Source: Myxococcales bacterium
GTDB taxonomy: Bacteria > Myxococcota_A > Polyangia > Polyangiales > DASUME01
DNA: 64,000 bases
NCBI GenBank assembly: GCA_047601445.1
Contig: JASGJH010000001.1
Span: 2,624,001-2,688,000 of the forward strand
Reading direction: 5' to 3'
Part shown: positions 32,527 to 44,654 of the stretch, piece by piece
Layout of the letters: each line of letters opens with the position of its first letter
How positions within the stretch are numbered: position 1 is the stretch's first letter
Position numbers and translations under genes: made by a program
Notes under the pieces: generated by a model
What the model saw: the letters and a program-made list of their open reading frames with translations, nothing else
Databases searched by the model: none
What the model was told of the DNA's origin: nothing

Positions 32527-34461
32527 GTGACGATCCTGACCGCAAGCGCGCTGACCAAGAGCTTTGGCCCCCACACGGTATTGTCAGGGGTCGACCTGAG
32601 CATCCATCAAGGGGAACGCGTGGGGCTCGTGGGAGCCAACGGCTCGGGCAAGAGCACCCTGGCGCGCATTCTGGTGGGGGAAGACACACCCGACACCGGC
32701 GAGATCGCAGTGCGCCGCGAGGCCCGCGTGCTGTACCTGGCGCAGGTGCCGGCCGTGGATCCGGCGCGCAGCGCGCTCGACACCGTGCTGATGGGTCTCA
32801 CGACCTGGTGGCAAGCGCGTGAACGCTACGAGCGGGCCAGCCGGGAACTCGAGGGCGGTGCGAGCGCAAATCTGGAGAAGGTACTAGCCGAGCAAACCAA
32901 GGCCTACGCGGAGCTGGAGCAACACGGTGGATTCGACGTCTCCCATCGTGCGCTGTCGGTCCTCGGCTCGCTCGGTGTGAGGGAGCCGGAAGCCCGCGTG
33001 GGCAACATGAGCGGCGGCGAGCAGCGCCGCGTGGCCTTGGCGCGCTTGCTGGTGGCCGAGCCCGATCTGGCGATCCTGGACGAGCCCACCAATCACCTCG
33101 ACATCGACGCCATCGAGTGGCTCGAGACGCACCTGGCCGAGCAGTTTCGCGGCTCGGTGCTGCTGATCAGCCACGATCGCTACTTCCTCGACGGCGTGGT
33201 GGACCGCACCCTCGAAGTGGAGCGAGGCAAGGTCTACGGCTACGACGGCGGCTTCGCGGACTATCTACGCGGCAAGGCGGAGCGCATCGCGCTGGCCGAA
33301 CGCACCGAGCAGAACCGCCAGAACTTCTTGCGCAAGGAGCTCGACTGGCTGAGCCGCAGCCCACCCGCGCGCACCACCAAGCAGCAGGCACGTATCCAGC
33401 GCGCAGAGCAGGCACTGCAGAACCGGCCCGCCCCCAAGGCCCAGAAGCTGGAGCTGGAGCTGGCCACCGCGCGCGGCGGCAAGAGCATCCTCGACCTCGA
33501 GCGGGTGAGTATCGACTCGCCGGCCGAAGCCCGCGCGCCGCGCCGCCTGGTCAACGACCTCACGCTTCACCTCACCCAGGGCGAGCGCCTCGGCATCCTG
33601 GGTCCCAATGGCTGCGGCAAGAGCACGCTGCTGCGTGCCGTGCTTGGCGAGCACCCACTGGCCAGCGGGCGCCTCACGCTGGGCAAGAACGCGAGGGTCG
33701 CTTACTTGAGCCAGCACCGCACGGGGCTCGACGAGGACAAGAGCATCCTCGAGAACGTCACGGAAGGACGCTCCCACGTGCGCGTGGGCGAGCGCGAATT
33801 CCACGCCATGAGTTACCTGGAGAACTTCCTCTTCAGTGGGAGCGAGGTCCGCAAGCCCGTCAAGGCCTTGAGTGGCGGCGAGCGCACCCGGGTCGCGCTG
33901 GCCAAGCTCCTACGTCAGGAAACCAGCCTGCTGCTGCTCGACGAGCCCACCAACGATCTCGACCTCGACACCTTGGCCGCGCTCGAAGGGCTGCTGCTCG
34001 AGCATGACATCACAGCCATCGTGGTCACCCACGACCGCTGGTTCTTGGATCGCATCGCGACCTCCATCCTGTGGTTCGAGGGCGACGCGCGCGTCACGAA
34101 GCTGGCTGGCAACTACACCAACGTGCGCGCCTACCGCGACAAGCAGCAGCGCACGGAGAGCGCCGCTGCGTCCAGCGCCCAGGCAGCCTCGACACGGCCC
34201 AATCAGGCTCTTTCGAGCCCTGCCGCCCCGAGCAAGAAGGGGCTCTCCTACAAGGAGCAAAAGGAGCTCGACGGCATCGAAGGGCTGATCGCCAAGGCCG
34301 ACGAGCGCGTGACGGAACTCGACGCGTTGCTTTCAGATCCCAGCGTGTACCAGACGCGCGCCGCCGAGGTCCCCGAGCTGGTGGCGGAGCGGGATCGTCA
34401 GCGTGCAGAGTCAGAGCGGCTGATGAACCGCTGGGCCGAACTCGAGGAGAAGCGCGGCTAG
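32527..34461 (+). CDS. uup: ABC-F family ATP-binding protein (Uup-like)
   Basis: Two ABC cassettes (GANGSGKST and [19 protein letters not shown]), no TM, C-terminal LSYKEQKEL coiled coil. Confidence 0.9.
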   Translation: MTILTASALTKSFGPHTVLSGVDLSIHQGERVGLVGANGSGKSTLARILVGEDTPDTGEIAVRREARVLYLAQVPAVDPARSALDTVLMGLTTWWQARERYERASRELEGGASANLEKVLAEQTKAYAELEQHGGFDVSHRALSVLGSLGVREPEARVGNMSGGEQRRVALARLLVAEPDLAILDEPTNHLDIDAIEWLETHLAEQFRGSVLLISHDRYFLDGVVDRTLEVERGKVYGYDGGFADYLRGKAERIALAERTEQNRQNFLRKELDWLSRSPPARTTKQQARIQRAEQALQNRPAPKAQKLELELATARGGKSILDLERVSIDSPAEARAPRRLVNDLTLHLTQGERLGILGPNGCGKSTLLRAVLGEHPLASGRLTLGKNARVAYLSQHRTGLDEDKSILENVTEGRSHVRVGEREFHAMSYLENFLFSGSEVRKPVKALSGGERTRVALAKLLRQETSLLLLDEPTNDLDLDTLAALEGLLLEHDITAIVVTHDRWFLDRIATSILWFEGDARVTKLAGNYTNVRAYRDKQQRTESAAASSAQAASTRPNQALSSPAAPSKKGLSYKEQKELDGIEGLIAKADERVTELDALLSDPSVYQTRAAEVPELVAERDRQRAESERLMNRWAELEEKRG

Positions 34462-34537
34462 TCTGCGCTCACAGGAGTAAGCGCGACTCACTCCCGGTCG
34501 GGCGCGCTTGGCGCTCTCGAGCAGCGCTCGAATGCGC

Positions 34538-35476
34538 TCAGTGGCCGCGCGCCTTCGCGATGGCCTCGCGTGCGGGGCCGAGGTCGGCGGGCCCTTGCAC
34601 GTTCACGCAGCTCGCAGTCTTGTCGATGCGACGGATCAGCCCGCTCAGCACCTTGCCCGCGCCGATCTCGACGAACAGCGTCACGCCGTCGGCGATCATG
34701 CGCGTGACGCTCTCTTGCCAACGCACCGGCCGACTGACCTGGCGAATCAGGGCATCGCGCGCCTCGCCCCCGCCGCCCACCGGAGCCGCCGTGACATTGG
34801 CGTAGATCTGGGCACGTGGCTCAGCGAAGGCCGCGGCCGTGAGGTGCGGGGTCAGGCGCTCCTCCGCGGGCTTCATCAAGCTCGAGTGGAAGGGAGCACT
34901 CACCGGTAGCATCATCACCTTGCAGCCGAGGGCCTGCAGAGCCGGCGTGATCTCTTTGACGGCCCCTGCATCCCCGGCGATGACGACTTGGCCCGGCGAG
35001 TTGTAGTTCACCGCTTCCACGGCACCGCCCTTGGCGCTCGCCTCGCGACAGGCCAGCTCGATCGCCGCCAGATCGCCGCCGATCAACGCCGCCATGGCGC
35101 CTTGCCCCACCGGGACGGCCTCTTGCATGTAGGTGCCGCGCTTGCGCACGAGGGTCACCGCTTGCTCGAAGGGCAGCGTCCCCGCCGCGACGTTGGCACT
35201 GTATTCGCCGAGGCTATGACCTGCGACCACATCGGGCGACTCGCCGAGCGCGCGAAATAGGGCCGTGGACACCGTCAACAAGGCGGGCTGCGTGTTGGCC
35301 GTCAGCCGAAGATCGGCCTCGGGACCTTCGAAACACAGCGTCGAGAGACGCTCCCCCAGCGCCTCGTCGGCCGCGTCGAACACGGCGCGCGCGGCGGGCT
35401 CTGCCTCGTAGGACAGCTTGCCCATCCCGACCGCCTGCGATCCCTGCCCTGGAAATACGAACGCTATCTTCCCCAT
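34538..35476 (-). CDS. fabD: Malonyl-CoA:ACP transacylase
   Basis: FPGQGSQ, TQPALL, GHSLGEY and VSAPFHS. Confidence 0.96.
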   Translation of the reverse strand: MGKIAFVFPGQGSQAVGMGKLSYEAEPAARAVFDAADEALGERLSTLCFEGPEADLRLTANTQPALLTVSTALFRALGESPDVVAGHSLGEYSANVAAGTLPFEQAVTLVRKRGTYMQEAVPVGQGAMAALIGGDLAAIELACREASAKGGAVEAVNYNSPGQVVIAGDAGAVKEITPALQALGCKVMMLPVSAPFHSSLMKPAEERLTPHLTAAAFAEPRAQIYANVTAAPVGGGGEARDALIRQVSRPVRWQESVTRMIADGVTLFVEIGAGKVLSGLIRRIDKTASCVNVQGPADLGPAREAIAKARGH

Positions 35477-35580
35477 CGGCTCCTCGTCGGGCCGGCTTAC
35501 TCCTTTTCGCCACAGCTCGCCACAGTCCGAAGAGCGCACAAAGCACTCATGTTGGGCGCGTACTTTGGTAGGATTCCCAG

Positions 35581-36831
35581 GTGGGGGACGAGCGCATACG
35601 AGTGACCGACACGGGCGGCGTCAGCATCGCGGCGCCTGCCCTGAAGAGCCGACTCGCGACTCAGGCCGGCGAATACCGGGCCCACGAAGGACCGAACGGG
35701 ACCTGGCTCCTCTTGCGCGTGATGGAGCAAAACAGCGGTCACGCAGCGGTGCGGGTCCTGATGATGGGAGAGCTCATCCACCGCATGACCGTGGTCGAGA
35801 TCATCAATTTGGTGATGTCCTCGAACTGGCGCGGCGAGCTGCACCTGGTGAGCCCGAACGGACGCCGTGTGCTCGGGGTCGACCAAGGCGCCCTCAAGTA
35901 CGCGCGGACCGACTTCGATTCCGAGCACCTCGGGGAGATCCTCGTGCGCGCCGGCCTCATCGAGCGTGGGCAGCTGGCCAGCGCGCTGCGCGAGCAAACC
36001 GCCGACAAGCGGCTGGGCCAGATGATCGTGGAGCGCGGATTGGTGCCCCAGGAGGCCCTGTTCAAGCAGCTGAAGCGCCAAGCGGAGATCATCTTCAACG
36101 GAGCCCTGCTCGCGGACCGCGGCATGTACTGGTTCGTAGCGCACCAGGACGACGCGCAGGTGCCGCCTGCCACGGTGCACCTCTCGATTCAGGGCCTCTT
36201 GATGGAGGGCGTGCAGCAGATCGACGAGATGGGGCTCTTCCGCGAGCGCATCCCGCACAACGGTTTCTACCCGACCATCGTCCCCAACGCCCCCAAGTCC
36301 AAGGCCGAAGGACTCGACACCCTCGCCCTCGAGATCCTGCTCTCGTGCGACGGCACGTGCAGCATCGACGACCTCACGCGGGCCCGCAGCATCGGCGAGT
36401 TCCCCGTATTGAAGGCCGTCTACGAGCTATTGCGAGCGGGTCAGGTGACACTCCGTCGCGGTCCTCGCCTCGATCCCAAAACGGCCGAGCGCCTGGTGCG
36501 CCAATTCAACGAGCTCATCCTCGACGTGTTCCTGGTAGTCGCCACCTACGGCCGCATGGACGCCACGCGTCGTGCACTGGGCGATTGGCTCGCGAGCAGC
36601 CCGCACGGGGCCATCCTCGGCCACCAGCTCGACATCGACGGCACGCTCAACGCGGCCCAGGTGATCGCGCGGCTCGAGACGGGCAACGATGACCCCATGA
36701 CCAACCTGCACCTGGCCCTGCAAGAGCTCGCCACCTACGCGCTCTTCATCGCCAGCAACGGCCTCGATCGCCTCGAGGAACAGAGCCTCGCGCGCGACGT
36801 GACCATGCGCCTCAAGGCGATGGTGCTCTGA
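35581..36831 (+). CDS. DUF4388 domain protein with MshEN-like motif
   Basis: GEL....VEII......WRGEL pattern, HLGEILVRAGLIERGQLASAL..Q..KRLGQMIVERG and LLMEGVQQIDE. Confidence 0.75.
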   Translation: MGDERIRVTDTGGVSIAAPALKSRLATQAGEYRAHEGPNGTWLLLRVMEQNSGHAAVRVLMMGELIHRMTVVEIINLVMSSNWRGELHLVSPNGRRVLGVDQGALKYARTDFDSEHLGEILVRAGLIERGQLASALREQTADKRLGQMIVERGLVPQEALFKQLKRQAEIIFNGALLADRGMYWFVAHQDDAQVPPATVHLSIQGLLMEGVQQIDEMGLFRERIPHNGFYPTIVPNAPKSKAEGLDTLALEILLSCDGTCSIDDLTRARSIGEFPVLKAVYELLRAGQVTLRRGPRLDPKTAERLVRQFNELILDVFLVVATYGRMDATRRALGDWLASSPHGAILGHQLDIDGTLNAAQVIARLETGNDDPMTNLHLALQELATYALFIASNGLDRLEEQSLARDVTMRLKAMVL

Positions 36832-36896
36832 GAGGCCAGAAGCCTCGTAGCGGAGAGCGTGCGCGGGCACGCGTCCGTGGAGGTTGCAGCGTCTAG

Positions 36897-39047
<2,151 letters not shown>

Positions 39048-39264
39048 GGTGGAGTTTTGCCCCATAGGGGATAGCGACGGTGCTCTCATTGAGCCCGCCG
39101 CAAGCTGCAAGTGGTGATCGCGATGCGCCCGCTCCAGAGGGCAGTCCCGAAGCTCCCTGGCGAACGCTTCGAAGACGGGATCAACAAAACCACCATCACA
39201 AGTTAACACCGGCTTTTTGGGCCATCAAGGTTCTGTCGCGAGTCCTCCCTGGAACACCTCATCG

Positions 39265-39644
39265 ATGTCTGGCTATTTCTCGCCCCAGTTGCGCCGCCGT
39301 CTCGCGCCCCTTTTGTTGGGCGTGGGGCTCCTACTATTCGGTAAGATAGCCCACGAGGAGATGCCTCGTGAACAGCTCGTTCGCTATTCATTGAGTCCCG
39401 CGCAACAGAGCACAGCCCAAGAAGTGCGGGTGACCTACACCTCAGACGGGGATGTCTTGTCGGGTATCGAGCAGAGATTCCCGGCCGGGGCCCCCGCCGA
39501 GTTCAGCCACTCCCCTTCCCTCAAACCAGGCCATTATGCGGTTTCTATCGACCTTATCGCGCGCGATGGCCAGGTGACGCACCTGCGTCGGGCGCTGGAG
39601 GTTCCCACCGAGGCGCCCCCCCGCATCTCCCTGGCGAACGGCCC

Positions 39645-39648
<4 letters not shown>
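39265..39648 (+). CDS. Hypothetical exported/membrane-anchored protein
   Basis: N-terminal hydrophobic helix. Stop overlaps the next ATG (ATGA). Confidence 0.6.
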
Positions 39649-41021
<1,373 letters not shown>

Positions 41022-41175
41022 GCCCGGAGTGCGCCTCGCGCGTGCTCGCGGGTCCTGCTTGCGGCTCGCGGGCGGAGGCGCCCACTTCGAAGGAGCAGCG
41101 AACCCCGAACGGCCACGGGACGGCACGGTCATCGCTGCCACAGGCTGGTGCGGCTTGTACTAAGATGCCGCCGCC

Positions 41176-43962
41176 TTGACCCAAGAAGAAGATACGCCCC
41201 CCGCCGCCGAACCGGTCACTCCCGGCAGCCAGGACCAGCCGCCCGCCGCCGAGCGCGCAGCGGCGCCGTTGCCCGCTCCCCCCGCGAAGGCCGAGCGCCC
41301 CTGGCTGGGCGTCGCACTGTTCTTGGGTGGGGCCCTCGCGACGTTCTTCATAATGAGCCAGGACCGCCACATCGCGTTCGGCCCGCTGTGGGGGACCCTG
41401 ACCACGCTGGTAGCCGCGGCCGGCGTGCTGGAGCTGTGCGATTTGCTGCGGGCGCGACCGGGCGACGACCCCCTCGCGTCGCGCCTGTTCGCGCCCTTGC
41501 CGGGCGAGCCGCTGTGGATGGCTCCCCGCGTGACCTTCCCGCTCGCCGTGGCCATCGTGGTGTTGGGCGGCCTGATCGGCGGTGCCGACGGCTTGCCCCT
41601 GCCGCTCTTGCTGGCGCTGCTGGCGTTGTTCGTCTCCGGCTTGCGGCGCCCGTCGCTGTTCGTGTTCGTGGCGGCTTCGCTGCTCCTCCTGCCGATGCTG
41701 GGGAGCTTCGGCCTGTGGGATCCGTGGGAGACGCACTACGGCGAGGTCGCGCGCGAGATCCTGGCACGAGACGACTGGATCACGCTGTGGTGGGCGCAGG
41801 ACGAGTGGTTCCGCTCCAAGCCCGTGTTGATCTTCTGGATGGAGGCGCTGGCCTGGGGTGCGCTGGGCATGCCTTTCGGGGCCGACGCGAACCCGGGACA
41901 TCCCGAGTGGGCGATCCGATTGCCCCATTACGTGCTCACGATGGGCGCCTTGATGGCCTGCTACTGGGCCATGGCGCGCATCTTCGGCAAGCGCACGGCC
42001 GTGTTCGCCTCGCTCGTGCTCGCGACCACGCCCTATTTCTTCCTGATGGCGCACCAGGCCATCACCGACATGCCCTTCGTGGCGACCATGACCATCGCGC
42101 TCGCGCTGTTCTTGGTCGCGGTGGAGGAGGCGCCCGAGCAGGAGGTGCAGCGCTATCGGATCGGAAAGCTCGCGTGCTCGGGCCAGGGTCTAGTGCTCTT
42201 GGCCCTGGTGATGCTGGCGCTACCGCAGGCGCTCTATCTGATCAGCCGCAACGTGACCTTCCTGGTCGACGATGGTCTGTTCTCGGTGCACGTGGACCGC
42301 TTCATGTTCGGCTCCGCAGGTAACTCCGAGATCCCGGGCAATCCGGCGATCCGTTCGCGCATGCCCTACTTGCCGGAGCTCTGGTACCAGCCCTTGGCCC
42401 AGGGCGTGTTGTGGCTGGTGGGTCTGTGCGAGTTGATCTGGATGCTGCGCAAGGAGCGGCGCACGCAACAGCTCGCGATGTTCGGCTTCTACCTGTTTTG
42501 TTCGCTGGCCTGGATGGCCAAGGGCATCCCCGGCTTCGCGTTGCCGGGCATCATCGCGGCCTTTTATCTGTTCGCCACGGCCCGCTGGTCCCTGCTGCTG
42601 TCGGGTCGACTGCGCATTGGCGCGGGCATCCTCACCATCGCAGTTACGGGCTTGCCCTGGTACGTGGCGATGTACGGACGCCTCGGGCCGTTCTTCACGG
42701 ATCGCCTGCTGATCCACGATCACATCAATCGCCTGGCCTCCGGCGTGCACGGCGACACGGGCAGCATCGAGTATTTCCTGGCGCAGCTCGGCTACGGAGC
42801 GTTCCCGTGGATCGGGCTGTTCCCGCTGGGCTTCGTGGCATTCCTGAACTTGCTGCCGCCGGGGGACGAAGCCCACGAGCGAAAGCGCCGTTCGGCGATC
42901 CTGCTGGCGCTGTGGGCGAGCGCGGCGTTCGTGCTGTTCAACGCGATGATCACCAAGTTCCACCACTACATCTTCCCGGCGGTCCCCCCGTTCGCGCTGC
43001 TGATCGGCGTGTTCCTGGATCGCGCACTCGGGCGTAACGGAGAGCTGCGACGGGAATGGGGTGCGGTGGCCCTGACGCTGGCCGGGACGCTCGCGCTGGT
43101 GCTGGCGGGCGGATCCATCTATGGCGACGTGCGCGGCGTGATCCCCGAGAACGTGACGGGCGCGGCCCGCGCCACGTGGATCGCAGACCATGGACTCTCG
43201 AACACGCTGGTCGCGGTGCTGGTGGGAGTCGGGATCGCGCTGCTGTGGGCGGCACGCAAGGTGCTCGGGCCGAGCGAGACTACGCCGGCAGTGAACACCC
43301 AGGACACGGCGACCGCGAGCTCGAGTGAGCGCGCCGTGTTCGGCCTGGCGTTGCTCGGGGCGGCAGTGCTGGTGGCGTTCGCTGGGCGTGATTTGGGCTG
43401 GATGCTCACGGAACGTCCGCTGGGACACGAGAAACTGATCCAGCTCTTCATCTACAACTACGGGCGCCCCTTCCCCGACTATCTCGACTATCGGCCCATC
43501 ATCACGGGGTTCGCGCTCACATTCTTCGTGCTCTTGCTGGTCGCCAGCTATCACCAGCTACGCAAGGTCGCTCTGTACGGGGTGCTGACCACGGCCTTCT
43601 GGTTCTCGGCCTGGGCGCTCAACGTGTACATGATCGACCTCACCCCGCACTGGGGCCAACGCGAGCTGGTGAAGCGCTACTACGAGGAGCGCGCGGGCTC
43701 ACAGGAGCCGCTAATCGCGTGGCAGATGAACTGGAAGGGCGAGAACCTTTACACCGGCAATCGTGTGCACGTGTTCGTTCAGCTCGACAACAAGGCCGTC
43801 ACCAAGTGGATGGAGAAGCATCCAGGCACGCGCGCCTACTTCGTGCTCGAGCACTCGCGCCTCGGCAACTTCAAGCGCATGATGGGCAGCAAGCGCCACG
43901 TGGAGGAGCTCTCCACCGCGCGCGAGAACAACAAGTTCATCCTGGTGCGAGCCGACATCTGA
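41176..43962 (+). CDS. ArnT/PMT-like (GT-C) integral membrane glycosyltransferase
   Basis: LWDPWETHYGEVAREI, SKPVL.FW, WAIRLP, AKG, LPWY and TKFHHYIFP, with many TM segments. Confidence 0.85.
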   Translation: MTQEEDTPPAAEPVTPGSQDQPPAAERAAAPLPAPPAKAERPWLGVALFLGGALATFFIMSQDRHIAFGPLWGTLTTLVAAAGVLELCDLLRARPGDDPLASRLFAPLPGEPLWMAPRVTFPLAVAIVVLGGLIGGADGLPLPLLLALLALFVSGLRRPSLFVFVAASLLLLPMLGSFGLWDPWETHYGEVAREILARDDWITLWWAQDEWFRSKPVLIFWMEALAWGALGMPFGADANPGHPEWAIRLPHYVLTMGALMACYWAMARIFGKRTAVFASLVLATTPYFFLMAHQAITDMPFVATMTIALALFLVAVEEAPEQEVQRYRIGKLACSGQGLVLLALVMLALPQALYLISRNVTFLVDDGLFSVHVDRFMFGSAGNSEIPGNPAIRSRMPYLPELWYQPLAQGVLWLVGLCELIWMLRKERRTQQLAMFGFYLFCSLAWMAKGIPGFALPGIIAAFYLFATARWSLLLSGRLRIGAGILTIAVTGLPWYVAMYGRLGPFFTDRLLIHDHINRLASGVHGDTGSIEYFLAQLGYGAFPWIGLFPLGFVAFLNLLPPGDEAHERKRRSAILLALWASAAFVLFNAMITKFHHYIFPAVPPFALLIGVFLDRALGRNGELRREWGAVALTLAGTLALVLAGGSIYGDVRGVIPENVTGAARATWIADHGLSNTLVAVLVGVGIALLWAARKVLGPSETTPAVNTQDTATASSSERAVFGLALLGAAVLVAFAGRDLGWMLTERPLGHEKLIQLFIYNYGRPFPDYLDYRPIITGFALTFFVLLLVASYHQLRKVALYGVLTTAFWFSAWALNVYMIDLTPHWGQRELVKRYYEERAGSQEPLIAWQMNWKGENLYTGNRVHVFVQLDNKAVTKWMEKHPGTRAYFVLEHSRLGNFKRMMGSKRHVEELSTARENNKFILVRADI

Positions 43963-43969
43963 GGAAGCC

Positions 43970-44605
43970 ATGCAGATCGGTGTCATCCCAGTCACGTCCT
44001 TCCAACAGAACTGCTCGGTGATCCACTGCGAGAAGACCAACCGCGGCGCGGTGGTGGACCCGGGCGGAGACGTGGGACTCATCCTCGAGTACATCGCCGA
44101 GGAAGGCATCGAGGTCGACAAGATCCTGCTCACGCACGCCCATGCCGACCACGCGGGTGCCACCAAGGCGCTCGCCGAGCAGCTCGGTGTGCCCGTGATC
44201 GGCCCGCACAAGGAAGACGAGTTCCTGATCCTGAGCATGAAGGAGCAGGGAATGATGTTCGGGTTCGCACATGCCGAGCCCTTCGAGCCGACGCAGTGGC
44301 TCTCGCACGGGGACGTAGTGACCGTGGGCGAGGAGTCATTCGAGGTTCGTCACTGCCCCGGCCACACCCCGGGACACGTGGTGTTCTACAATCGAGCTCA
44401 CGACTTCGTCCTCGTGGGCGACGTGCTGTTCCACGGCTCGATCGGGCGCACGGACTTTCCCCGCGGCGATCACGCGACACTGCTGCGCTCCATCAAGGAG
44501 CAGCTGCTGAGTCTGCCCGACGAGACCGGCTTCCTACCCGGCCATGGGCCCACCTCCACCATCGGCGTGGAGCGACGCACCAACCGATTCCTGCAGGACC
44601 TCTAG
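43970..44605 (+). CDS. MBL-fold metallo-hydrolase (glyoxalase II/GloC-like)
   Basis: VDPGG, THAHADH, PGHTPGH, GDVLF.GSIGRTD and PGHG. Confidence 0.92.
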   Translation: MQIGVIPVTSFQQNCSVIHCEKTNRGAVVDPGGDVGLILEYIAEEGIEVDKILLTHAHADHAGATKALAEQLGVPVIGPHKEDEFLILSMKEQGMMFGFAHAEPFEPTQWLSHGDVVTVGEESFEVRHCPGHTPGHVVFYNRAHDFVLVGDVLFHGSIGRTDFPRGDHATLLRSIKEQLLSLPDETGFLPGHGPTSTIGVERRTNRFLQDL

Positions 44606-44654
44606 AACGACTTCCGCGTTCCGGCGGGCGTCGGCGCGCGCGCCCCTCTAGCCC

